Assembly: GCA_965240325.2 (NCBI GenBank)
Contig: OZ251251.1
Coordinates: forward strand, 558,001-622,000
Direction of reading: 5' to 3'
DNA length: 64,000 nucleotides
From: Rebecca billardiae RCC1528
Lineage: Eukaryota > Protista > Haptophyta
The position numbers were made by a program, and so were the translations under genes. Shown here piece after piece: positions 34,275 to 45,077 of the stretch. Below the pieces are notes generated by a model. The model made no database searches, was not told the DNA's origin, and saw nothing but the letters and a program-made list of their open reading frames with translations. Every line of letters begins with the position of its first letter. Position 1 is the stretch's first letter.

Positions 34275-35717
34275 TCAGGGCGGCCCACATCGCAGGGGCG
34301 GCAGCTGCGCAACGCACTGCGGCGTCAGCTGCGCTGACACCCCGACGCCATCGTCGCCCACGCCCAGACCGAGCGCGCCCGAATGTAAGCCGCACGCGTG
34401 CACGCCGCCGTCAGCTGTGACGTAGAGGGCGTGCCCAAGGCCGAGCGAGCAGTCGAGCACGCGCGCATGCGCGAGGCCCGCCACCCGCTCGGGCAGCGTG
34501 CGCTGCCATCGGTCCCCCAGCCCCAGCTGGCCGTAGTGGTTGAACCCAAACGTGTGCACACTGCCGTCCGCGCACACCACCGCGCTGGCTGTAGCACCCG
34601 CGCTGGCGCGCACAGCACGCATGCCGCCCAGAGCTTCGATGCGCGTGGGCACCAAGCGACGCCCCCGTCGCCCCTGGTCATCGTGGCCGAGCGCACTGTA
34701 CCAACCGACTCCGAAGGAGTGCACGCCGCCCGCTGCGTCCACCACCAGGCTGTGCCCACTGCCCGCGCTCACGTGCACGGCGCGCACGCCCGCGAGCGCC
34801 TCGATGCGCCGCGCTGTGAACTGATCCTGCTCGTCGCCGTGGCCAAGGCAACCAGCATAGCCATACCCGCACGAGTAGACCTCGCCATCGCTTGAGAGCA
34901 GCAGCGTGTGCCCGCCGCCCGCGGCCACGCCGCCCACGCGCACGCCGTCCAGCGCCTCGATGCGCGTCGGCTCCAGCCGGTCCTCTGTGTCGCCGTGGCC
35001 GAGCTGCCCATGGAAGTTGCGACCCCAGCTGTACGTCGCGCCAGCGGCCGTGAGCGCAAGGCTGTAGAGACCGCCGGCGCCCATGCTGACGACGAGCTCC
35101 GCACCCAGCGCCGCCACCTGCACGAACGCCCATCGCTCAGCCTTGTCGCCCACGCCCAGCTGGCCAAGCTCGTTGCTGCCGCACGCGTACACGGCGCCCG
35201 CCTCGCTCAGCGCAAGCAGGTGCTTGCCGCCGGCTGCCACTGCGCGCACGCGCACCGCCTCCAGCGAGCTCACGCGCTTCGGCACGAGCACGCGCGTCTC
35301 CATGCTGAGCTCGGGATGGCCCGGCGGTGCGCCGCATGTGTGCACGCCGCCCTCCGCGTCAACGAAGGCGGAACATCTCATCTCAGGAACTTGGCTGGCG
35401 GACGCGACGTGCGCGTGCACGTGCGCGAGCGTGAGCGTGCGCTCGCGCGCGAGCAGCTCCTCAGCCCACGTGGACACGCCCGCGGGCAGGGCCGCCGGCA
35501 GCGCGGCCTCGTGCCCCCGCGCGCGCGCGCGCTCGCGCAGCGCGTGCTCAAGCGGCGCGCCGCGGAAGAGGCGAGCGGCGGCGTTAGCGGCGGCGAGGTC
35601 ACGCAAGTCATCGAGGTGGACGAGGATGCGCGCGATCAGCTCGGGCGGCACGCCGGTCAGCCGCATGGCCGCCGTTGCCGAGCGCGTCATGGCGCGCGCG
35701 CGCGTCGTCGACGCCAT
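34275..35717 (-). CDS. F-box-like + RCC1-repeat (UVR8/HERC-like beta-propeller) protein
   Basis: LTGVPPELIARILVHL..LRDL (F-box-like) followed by repeats such as VAAGGKHLLALSEAGAVYACGSNELGQLG and YSWGRNFHGQLGHG. Start at 35717 or a slightly later ATG. Confidence 0.85.
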   Translation of the reverse strand: MASTTRARAMTRSATAAMRLTGVPPELIARILVHLDDLRDLAAANAAARLFRGAPLEHALRERARARGHEAALPAALPAGVSTWAEELLARERTLTLAHVHAHVASASQVPEMRCSAFVDAEGGVHTCGAPPGHPELSMETRVLVPKRVSSLEAVRVRAVAAGGKHLLALSEAGAVYACGSNELGQLGVGDKAERWAFVQVAALGAELVVSMGAGGLYSLALTAAGATYSWGRNFHGQLGHGDTEDRLEPTRIEALDGVRVGGVAAGGGHTLLLSSDGEVYSCGYGYAGCLGHGDEQDQFTARRIEALAGVRAVHVSAGSGHSLVVDAAGGVHSFGVGWYSALGHDDQGRRGRRLVPTRIEALGGMRAVRASAGATASAVVCADGSVHTFGFNHYGQLGLGDRWQRTLPERVAGLAHARVLDCSLGLGHALYVTADGGVHACGLHSGALGLGVGDDGVGVSAQLTPQCVAQLPPLRCGPP

Positions 35718-35769
35718 GCTGGCCCGACCAAGGGCGGACACTGGCCGACAGGCACGCCGCGCCCGCACG

Positions 35770-36012
35770 ATGGGGAACTGCCTCGACTGCTGCATCGGCG
35801 CCGCCCCGCACGAGCGGGAAGAGCCGAGAGATCCGCTGCTGGACGCGGAGGCGCGACGACTAGCCGCAGAGGCGGCGGAGCGCAGACAGCGGGCTTACGA
35901 CGAGTCCGCGGCCGGGCGCGCTTCACGCAAAGCGGCTGCCAACGCCGAGCGCGAGCGCGCGCGCGGCGGGCACGCACCCACCGGCTCAACAATGCGTTGG
36001 CAGGTGGGATGA
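35770..36012 (+). CDS. SVIP: Small VCP/p97-interacting protein homologue (80 aa)
   Basis: MGNCLDCC (myristoylation/palmitoylation signature), VIM-like RRLAAEAAERR and C-terminal MRWQVG match the SVIP layout. Hidden at the end of track ORF 35083-36012. Confidence 0.8.
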   Translation: MGNCLDCCIGAAPHEREEPRDPLLDAEARRLAAEAAERRQRAYDESAAGRASRKAAANAERERARGGHAPTGSTMRWQVG

Positions 36013-36440
36013 CGACGGCGGCGGCGCGACGCGGCGCCGGATCCATGCAGATGGCGTGCCTTCCGCGCTACCTACGGCACACACCACCGCTGGCAGCCTT
36101 CACACTGCCGCAGGCGACTTCGTTCGCAGCCAGCTCCCGCAGCCGGTTCGGACAGTCTGGCATCGGAGCACGGGCGGGTCACGGCTGACGTCTTCATTGA
36201 CGCCCGGTAGCTCTGTACGCCGAGCTGACAATGCTGGGCGGTCTTCACGCGCTGACGTATACGACGCACGTCGTGCCGTGTGATGCACCAGCTCAAGCTG
36301 CGGGCACACACGCAGTCTGATTCACTCTGATCGCCCGCCATCGGCGCGCGGTCCGATTATTATTTGATGCGTGCGCCGCCGATTTCGATTATTTGCAAGA
36401 TGATTTTCGAGCTTGTGCCCGTGGCCCTTGCGAAAGATCG

Positions 36441-36668
36441 ATGGCCGACGACGCGCCGCGCATCATCGACGTGGGGAGCCTCGGTGCGACAGCGACGGCG
36501 TCGGCGGCCGTCTCGTGGGTAGACCTCGGGCTGGGCCTCCTGTTCATCACGCTCGTCGCCTACTGCGCGGCGCGCTGTGCAGCGCAGCCGCGTCAGTGCG
36601 CCGATCGCCCGCTCGCGGCCGCTGGCACTCGGCCGGCGAAGCGAGCCGCCGGCGCGCACGACGACTGA
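36441..36668 (+). CDS. Small single-TM protein (75 aa) or uORF directly upstream of RNase Z
   Basis: MADDAPRIIDVG...WVDLGLGLLFITLVAYCAA...DD*. GC3-rich codons and one clear TM; stop lies 16 nt before the next ATG. Confidence 0.5.
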   Translation: MADDAPRIIDVGSLGATATASAAVSWVDLGLGLLFITLVAYCAARCAAQPRQCADRPLAAAGTRPAKRAAGAHDD

Positions 36669-36684
36669 GCGCGGGGCGGGCGCG

Positions 36685-38433
36685 ATGAGCGCGTGGGCGG
36701 AGGCGGCGCTGGGCGCGGGCGTGGCGCCATCGCTCGACGTGCTCTGCCTCGGCACGGGCGCGGACGGCACGACCGCGTGCGCCCTCGTGAGCGCGCCGGG
36801 GCTTGCGCCACCGCCGGCGGCGCGCGGCGCGTCGGCGCACGCGGCGGCGGTGGGCCGCGGCGCTCAGGCGTGCGCGTGCGCGGGCGGGCCGTGCGCGGCG
36901 CTCCCGGCCGCGCCGCCCGCCCCCGCGCGCCCCGCCCTCTCCCTCCTCGTCCACGCCGGCGAGGGCCTGCAGAGGCTCGGGACGGAATATCGGCTCAAAT
37001 TGCATGCGTGCGTGCGCGCGGTGCTCTTCGCCGAGCTGAGCGCCGAGGCGCTGGCGGGGCTGCCGGGGCTCGTGCTCAGCCTGTCCGCCGCCGGCGCGCC
37101 CGAGCTCGCGCTGTACGGCCCCGTCGGCCTCGGCGCGTACGTGCGCGCCATGCGCGAGCACACTGTGCGGTGCGCGCACCCGCGGCTGACTGTTACGGAG
37201 ATCGTGCCGGGCGCCATGCTGGACGTTACGGCCGTTACGGAGGCGGCAGGGCGGGGCGCGCACGCGGCGCGGGTGCGCGTGCACGCGCTCACCGTGCAGG
37301 AGGGCGTGGCGCTGGCGGCCGCCGCGCGCGCGCCGCGGCCCGACACCCTGTCCGCCGCGCAAGCGTTCGCCGCGGCGCCGGCGCCCACGGCCGCGCCGGC
37401 GCCCGCGGCCGTGCCGATTTGTGCCGAGCGCGCGGCGGGCGACGGGCTGCCGGCCGGGCTGCGCGACGGCGCGTTCTACGTCGGGCCGCCCGAGGAGCCC
37501 GACGCCTCCGCGCAGGCGCACGCCGGCCGCACAGCTGCGAGCGTGCTGGTGGCCACGGCGGCGGTGGGCGGCGGCGCGCACGCTGACGGCAGCGGCAGCA
37601 GCAGCAGCGGCAGCAGCGGCAGTAGCGGCAGTAGCGGCAGCAGCAGCAGTAGCGGCAGCAGCAGCAGTAGCGGCAGCAGTGGCGACGACGTCGCCAGTGG
37701 CAGCTCGAGCGACGACGATGCCGACTCGGACGCGGGCGGCAGCAGTGGCGGCGGGAGCGGCGGCAGCGGCAGCAGCGATGGAGGCGGCAGCGGATGCGGC
37801 GGTGGCGGCGGTGGCGGCGGAGGCCAAGGCGACGGCGTCGGGCGCGGGGCGGGTGCCGGCGGCAGCGGCAGCGAGCCCACCCGTGCCTCGCAGCCCGACG
37901 CCGCCATGCTCTTCGAAGCCGCCGCGGCGGCGCAACACTTGAGCGCCGCGCTCGTGCGGCGCGCGCGCGCCGACCCGGCTACGCGCGCTCGGCTCGTGGC
38001 GCAGTGGCAGCAGGCGCGGCGGCACGGCGGCGGGGCTGGCGCGGCGGGCAGCGGGGCGTCGGGTGTGGGCGTGCGCGGCGCGCGGGCCGAGCGCAAGCGC
38101 GCGCGGGCGCGCACGCCGCCGCCCAGCCCGCCGCGCGCCGCGCACGCGCGCCGCGCGGCGACAGTCGGCGGCGGGGGCCCGAGCGAGCAGGGTGCCGCGA
38201 TGGGCGCGGCGGCGCAGCGAGCGCGGCGGCCGCAGGCGGCCGCGCCCGCCGGCCCGCCCGCGGGCGCGGCACGAGCGCTCGCTCTGTGCATCGAGGTGGA
38301 GCAGGGGGACGCGCCCGCCGCGCGTCTGCTGGTGCTCCCCGCCGCCGCTTCTCGCGACGCCGCCGCCACAGCCGAGGACGGTGGCGGCGCCGCCGCCCGC
38401 CCCATCGCCGCGCCGGGCCCGCACACGGCGCGT

Positions 38434-38474
<41 letters not shown>

Positions 38475-39031
38475 GGGCTCAGGGGCGGCGGCAGCGGCGG
38501 CACAGGGCGCTGCGGCCGCCGTTGGCCGCGCGCGGCTTCGACCGCCGCACCTCGTGCTCGAGCTCGGCGGCGCGCCGCGCGTGTGCACGGCCGCTCCCAC
38601 CGACCCCGCCGCCGCCACGCCGGCCGCCGCCGCCGCAGGCGTCGCGCCGCGCGGGCCTTCGGCCGTCGAAGCCGCCGCCGGCGCGGCCGCGGCCGCTGGG
38701 GCCGCCGTGCCCGCCGCGCCGCGGCTGCTCTTCGGCGCGGCGGCGGTGCGCGCCGAGCCGCCCGCGCACGCGCCCCACGCCGGCGGCACCTCCGCCATTC
38801 TCGCCCTCAGCGCCAGCGCGGCGCTCCAAGCCGCGCTCGCGGCGCGCGTCGACTGCGCCGCTTTTGCGCCTGTGCGGTGGTGGCGGGCTCGCCCGCCGCT
38901 CGTTGTGGTTGCGGCGGCCGGCGGGGGCCGCGCGCGAGAGCGCGCGCTCGTGGCGACGCCGCTGCTGCGCGTGCACCTTGCCGCGCGGCGCATACGCTTG
39001 GACGAGGCGCCAGCCGCCGCCGAGACGGGCG

Positions 39032-39063
<32 letters not shown>

Positions 39064-41100
39064 GGTGATGGCGGCGGCGATGGCGGTGGCGGCGGCGGCA
39101 GCGGCGGCGGCGGCGGCGGCGGCACGCCCGCAGCGAGCGTTGGCGCCGCCGCCGGCCACTGGCGCTGGTCCGTGTTCGCGCTGGCGGATGCGTGCCCGAC
39201 CGCGCCACCGCCGCCTGGCGCAACTCCGCCGCGTGCGCCGCCACCTTGCCCGCCGCCGCCCGCCGCCGCCGGAGTTAGTGCCGCCGCCGCCGTCGGCGCC
39301 ACGGCCGGCGCGCGCGCGCGCTCGGCTGCGGCGGTCGCGCGCGCGGGCGCCGAGCTGCCGCCGCACTGGCGCGAGTGGCTCGAGTCGCCGTGGGCGGCGC
39401 TGGAGGAGCGCGCCGCCGGCGCGCCTCGGGGCGACGCGCGGCTCGATCCGGACTGGGATCCGGGCTGGCGGGATCCCGCGCGGGATCTGGGGCGCCGGGA
39501 TCTGGGCTGGGATCCGGGCCGAGATCTGGGCTGGGATCCGGGCCGGGATCTGGGCTGGGATCCGGGCTGGGATCTGGATCTGGAGGTGAGCACGCTCGGC
39601 ACGGGCTGTGCGCAGCCGTCGGCGCTGCGCGGCTGCGCGGCGGTCCTCCTCCGCCGCCGCGCCGCCTCGCCCACGCCGGTGGCCACCGCCGCCGCCACCA
39701 CCGCCGCCGCGCCCGCGCCCGCCGCCAGCATGGCCGCCGCCGCGTCGGCAGCCATGCTGGCTGACGCAGGCGAGGGGTGCGTCGGCGCGCTGCAGCGCGC
39801 GTGCGGCGGGTGCCCCGAGCGCACCGACGCCGCGCTGCGCTCGCTCCGCCTCGTCTTCGTCAGCCACATGCACGCCGACCACCACAGCGGCCTGCCGCTC
39901 CTGCTGTGCGCGCGCGCGCGCGCCGTGCGCCGCGCGCCGCCGCCCGCGCCGCCGCCGTGTGTTGTCGTCGGACCGCCGGCGCTCGGCGCATGGCTGCGCA
40001 CGCTCGGCAGCGCGCTGTTGCCGCTGCCGCGCGGCGGAGGGAGCAAGCCCGGCGACGGCGCTGGCGGCGACCACGCCGCCTGGGGCGCGCCGCCCCCGCC
40101 GGTCGCTCTTGGCGGCGCGGCGGGCGGAGCCAACACTTGGGCACCGCCGCCGCGCGCGCAGCTGCAACAGCCCTCGGCGGCGGCGGCGTCGACGGCGATG
40201 CCGGCAGCGGCGACGGCCGCGGCGCTCGGCGGCGGCGCGGCAGCGCTCGGCGGCGTGGTGTTCCTCTGCGCCGAGGCCTTGGACGGCGGCTGGGTGGACG
40301 CGGCGGCGCCCGCGCTGCGCACCGCGGCGGCGGCGCGGCCCTGTCTCCCGCCGCCACCGCCGCCGCCGTGGGCTCCGATGCCGCCCGCGCGAGCGCGCGC
40401 CGCGCCGCCGCACGGCGGCGCGGCGGCTCCCGCCGCCGCCAGCGCGACCGCCGCGTGCGCCGCCGCGTTCGCCGCCCTCGGCGTGCGCGCGGCGCGCACG
40501 GTGGTCGTGGAGCACTCGCCGCACGCGCGCGCGCTCGTGCTGGACACGCGCGGCGGCGCGCGCGTGGCTTACTCAGGCGACGCACGCCCATCGGCCGCGC
40601 TCGCGGCCGCGGCGCGTGGCGCGAGTCTGCTGATTCACGAGGCGACTTTTGGGGACGCGCGCGCGGCGCACGCGCGCACCAAGCGGCACTGCACGCGCGC
40701 CGAGGCGCTGCGCGTGGCCGCGTCGGCGGGCGCGCGGCGCGTGCTCCTCACCCACCTCTCCCAGCGGTACACGCCCGGCCGCGCGTCGGTCGACGACGAC
40801 GCGCCGCCGCGCGCCGCCACCACGCGCCGCGCCCGACCGCCAGCCGCGGCCGACGGCGAGGCGCCCTGCGCCGCCGAGGCGGCGACGCGACGCGCGCGCG
40901 CCACCGCGTGCGTCGCGCTCGACGGGCTGACGGTGTCGGGCGGCGCGGCGCTGCGCCGGCTGCCCCAGCTCGAGGCGGCGATGGTGCGTGCGGCGGAGGC
41001 GGCGCTCTCGGCACTGCGCCGCGACGCGGCCGGCGACGAGGGCGGCGGCGGCAGTGGCGCAGACGACGAGGACGACGACGACGGCCAGCCGCCGTGCTGA
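36685..41100 (+). CDS. ELAC2: Long-form RNase Z (ELAC2/Trz1-like tRNA 3' endonuclease) with large low-complexity insertions
   Basis: N-half: AGEGLQRL...GLPGL...LYGP. C-half: LGTG..QPS..R, DAGEG, VFVSHMHADHHSGL, VEH, YSGDARP, LIHEATF, KRHCT, LLTHLSQRY. Confidence 0.9.
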
Positions 41101-41361
41101 CGCCGTGCGAATCGAATGATGCTGAGTGAGCAGGCGGTGGTCGGTAGCGCGACTAGAATCTGCATATATCATATATATATATGATGCGCGCTGATGCCAC
41201 GTCACAGCAACGACTTCTTTTTTAAAGCGGCCGTTAGCGTGTCCAGCGGCCAGATTAATTTTCGAAAAATTACTATGCGCTGCGCGCGCGCCCCTAGGGG
41301 GCGGCGCGCGCGCGCGGCTGGTCCCCCCTGCATGCCCGCACCGTCAGCTGCCTGATTGCCG

Positions 41362-44080
41362 CTACCCAGCCCCGCTACCGTCGCGCGCGACATCCGCGCC
41401 GTAAATCACCGTCACCGAGCGGTCCGGCGAGCGCGCCGCCATCAATTTGCTCCTGAGTGCCGAAAACTCCTTCTCCGGAAGCCCAGCCTCCTCGCGCAGG
41501 AGCTTGCGCGCCGTCATGCACTCCGCGATCAGGTCGATCGCGTCGGTCTCCGCCCTGCGCTGCCATTCGCGCTGCCGCTTGGCGTACTTCTTCAGCCAGA
41601 GCCGCCGCACCTTGTCGCCGAACTCCTCTGCCCACGTCGCAAGCGACACGCGGCGCACGAGCTGCGCGACCGTCGAGATGTGCGGCTCCGCCGTCGACTT
41701 CTTCCCCTCGGCGTACTCGCGGACGAATGAGTCGAGTGACTTGCGCGCGTGCACGAGCGGCATCGCACGCTTGGTCACCTGCACGAAATGCCCCTGCACC
41801 TGCTCGTCCGCGAGCTGCACGAGGCGCCCCCGCCGCCTGAGGCGAGACGCCGTCTGCGCCCGCCTCCGTGACCGCCCAGACGTTGAAGCGGAGCGGTGGG
41901 ACGTTGTGCGAGCCCTGGCCGGCGAGGCTGGCGAGGCTGACGTAAGCGCCGGTGCACGCCACGATGGCCTTCTGCTCCTCCGCGTAGTCGGCCGCCTCGG
42001 CGCCGCCGCCAAAACCGCCGCCGGCCGCGCTGCCGCCTGCCGAGGCAGTGCTGCCACCGAGGCCGCGCTGCTGCGCGCCGCCGCCGGCCGCGCCGCCGCC
42101 GGCCGCGCCGCCACCAGCCGCACCACCACCCGCACTGTCAGCCGCGCGGCTGGCCGCGCCACATGCCGCGCCACCGGCCACGCGGACGCCAGCACCGGCT
42201 GTGCCGCTAGCCACGCCGCTGCCACTGCCGGCCGCGCCGCCCACGCCGCCGCCCGCGCCCGCGCCCGCGCCCACGTTGCCAGCCGCGCCCCCGGCCGCGC
42301 CCCCGGCCGCGCCGCCGGCCGCGCCACCGGCCGCGCGGACGCCAGCGCCAGCGGTGCCGCCAGCCACGCAGCTGCCGCTGCTGCTGCCACCAGTGCTGCT
42401 GCTGCCGCCCGCACCGGCCGCGCCGCCGCCGGCCGCGCCACCGCCGGCCGCGCCGCCGCCGGCCGCGCCGCCGCCGGCCGCGCCGCCGCCGGCCGCGCGA
42501 TCGCGAGCGCTGTCAGCCGCGCCGCTGTCCGCGCCGCCGGCCGCACCTCCGGCCGCGCCTCCAGCCGCGCGGACGCCAACGCCAGCTGTGCCGCCAGCCA
42601 CGCCACTGCAGCTGCCGCCCGCGCCGCCCGCGCCGCCGCCAGCACCCGCGCCCGCGTTGCCAGCCGCGCCGCCGGCCGCGTCCGGCCGCGTCGCCGGGCG
42701 CACCGCCGCCTGGCGCGCAGTTGTCGGGCGTGCCGCCGTCGGGCGCGCCGCCACCGGGCCCGCCATCGCCCGCGCTGTCAGCCGCGCCGCCGGCCGCGCC
42801 GCAGGCCGCGCCACCGGCCGCGCGGACGCCAACGCCGGCTGTGTCGCCAGTCACGCCGCTGTCGCTGCAGCTGCCGCCGCTGCTGCCGGCCGCGCCGGCC
42901 GCGCGCGGCCGCGCCGCCGGCCGCGCCGCCGCCGGCAGTGCCGCCGCCGGCCGCGCCACCGCCCGCGCTGTCAGCCGCGCCGCTGGCCGCGCCGCCGGCC
43001 GCGCCACCGGCCGCACGGACGCCAGCGCCGACTGTGCCGCCAGCCACGCCGCTGCCGCTGCCGCTCGCGCCGGCCGCGCCGCCGCCCGTGCCCGCGGACG
43101 CGCCCGCGTTGCCAGCCGCGCCGCCCGCCGCGCCGCCGGCCGCGCCGCCGACCGCGCAACCGGCCGCGCGGACTCCAGCGCCGGCGGCACCGCCAGCTAC
43201 GCCGCTACCGCTGCCGCTGCCGCCGCTGCCGCCGGCCGCGCCGCCGGCCGCGTCGCCGGCCGCGCCGCCTGCAGCGCCGCCAGCCGCGCCGCCCTGCCGC
43301 GCTGGCCACGTGCAGCGGCGGCAGCTGGCGGCGCCGGTCGCGGTGGGAGCCGGCCGCTCCGGATCACGTCATTGATCCCGTCGGCGTCCGCACTCCATAG
43401 CTCGGGCATGTCCGAGTCCGGCCGCTCCGAGATGGCGATCGCCTCCGACGACGCGAGCGCAACACCCTCATAGTTGCGCACGATGGCGATCGTGGCCGCG
43501 CGCGAGTGCGCTGCGTTTGGCCCGTGTCCGCCGAGAGGAGGAGGACATGCGGCTGCCCGCGCGGGCGCGCGGACTTGCCGTAGTGCTCCAAGCGATCCAG
43601 CACGGCGCCCACGGCCTGCGCCCACGGCCGCGCCGCCGACTCGCTGCCGATCATCATCACGCCCGCGCCCGCGTGCTCGCGATTGCGCAGCGCGCTCTCA
43701 CGTGAGCCAGCCACCGGCGGCGGGATCGGGTGGCGCATGCCCAGGTTGAGCCACGTCGAGAACTCTCGGGCTGGCGCGAGCCCACGATGCTCAGTGTGCG
43801 GTCCTTCTCGCGCGCCTAGTGCACGACGCCCTCGTCGTCGAGCGAGGTGAAGGCATGCAAGACGAGCGCGTCTCACGAGAAGAGCCGCAGCTTGGCTACA
43901 CGCAGCAGGTTGTTCTTCTTCCGCTGGGCCTTGATGGCGACGAGGCTGTTGACGCTGCGCTTGACCTCCGCCAGGTAGTTCTCGTTCGGCATGATCGAGT
44001 GGTCCACCTCGCTCGCGGCCTCGCGCGCGCGCAGCTTGAGCATCTCGTGCGGCTGAGCGCCGCGGCCATGCGCAGCCATG
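41362..44080 (-). pseudogene. Disrupted ORF inside the CACAG element, with central Gly/Ala repeat expansion
   Basis: Protein-like fragments (EMLKLRAREAASEVDH...LRLFS*; AVGAVLDRLEHYGK; DYAEEQKAIV...; QLADEQVQGHF...GSGAG*) in shifting frames with internal stops. Confidence 0.6.
42040..43320. repeat. GC-rich tandem array (12-bp ggccgcgccgcc core with higher-order units)
   Basis: Many ggccgcgccgcc units and recurring ctgtcagccgcg / cggacgcca / ctgtgccgccagccacgc blocks. Confidence 0.85.
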
Positions 44081-45077
44081 CAGATGCGGCAGAGACGTGG
44101 CGCCCGATGCGTTAGGCACCTTTGCGATGCAGCTTGGGCTTCCTAGGCTTCGCGCAGGAACGCTTGCCCTTGCCCACGGTGAGCACAGCCGTCGCCATTG
44201 CTGCGCGCGGCGAGCGCGGTCCCGCGCGGCCGTGCCGGGCGCAGCCGCAGCAAGTTAGTCTGATGCAAATTCCCGGTCACCCATGCAAAAGTAAGCGTTC
44301 CCGCTGCGCATGTGCGTGCATCACGAGTAACCCGCCGCCTGAATAACAACTCCGCGCCCCTCCATACACTTCCTGCATCCCCGCGCGCAGCGGCGTGCGG
44401 GCGGGCGCGAATTCGCACCGTGTTACGAACAGACCTAGCAAAGTAGATCGGTGTGGCGCGTCGGGACGCGGAGCGGGTGCGGGGCAGGCGGGGGATAGGT
44501 TGGGGAACACCCGCGATTAGAGCACCGGTGGCGCAGCGGCGACGTGGACGCCGCCACACGCGCACGCACGGCGCGCGCTCGCACCGCGAGTCGAACGTCC
44601 GCTCGCCAAGCCCTGCGACGGCGTCCGTGCGACGCCGAGCGACGAACGCTCTCGGGATTTGGCCCGGACCACCAGATTCAGCCGTTAACGGCCGAAAATT
44701 CATTTGTTGGAGTTTCCTTAACGGCCGCTTTAAAAAAGAAATCGTTGCTGTGGTCGTTAAATATATGATGCGCTATATAAGTTATAACTGACTCACTGAG
44801 TTAATATATATATAAGTACTACCGCGCGACTTACACTATGAGCAGCGCGTAGTATATATATATATATATATGTAACGAGCAGGCATCAGTGATGCTACTA
44901 CGCGACGACTGCTTATAGCGTTATATATATAGCAGCGCGTGCCGCGTCATGCCCTTGCATGGCGGCCTATAATCGCGTCATCGCGCGTGCCGTTATATTA
45001 TTCGCCGCCGCCCAGAGACACAGGGGTCACTCGCGCCGCACGACAGCAGCACCGCCTAGGCGGCGACGATATTGGAC

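Larger units (their letters stand above)
41203..44752. mobile_element. 3.55-kb DNA transposon with CACAG termini (CMC/EnSpm-like), probably non-autonomous
   Basis: 34-bp TIRs cacagcaacga(c/t)ttcttttttaaagcggccgtta at 41203-41236 and 44719-44752 (33/34 identical); GT on both flanks (2-bp TSD). Confidence 0.88.

Noticed and set aside
29129-41100. ZF, receptor, F-box, SVIP and RNase Z as one co-regulated defence cluster
   Set aside because: Adjacency alone in a compact eukaryotic genome is not evidence, and SVIP and RNase Z are housekeeping genes; synteny or co-expression data would be needed.
41203-41236. Transib/RAG RSS-like end (CACAG)
   Set aside because: The heptamer is CACAGCA, the flanks show a 2-bp rather than 5-bp duplication, and there is no RAG1-like ORF.
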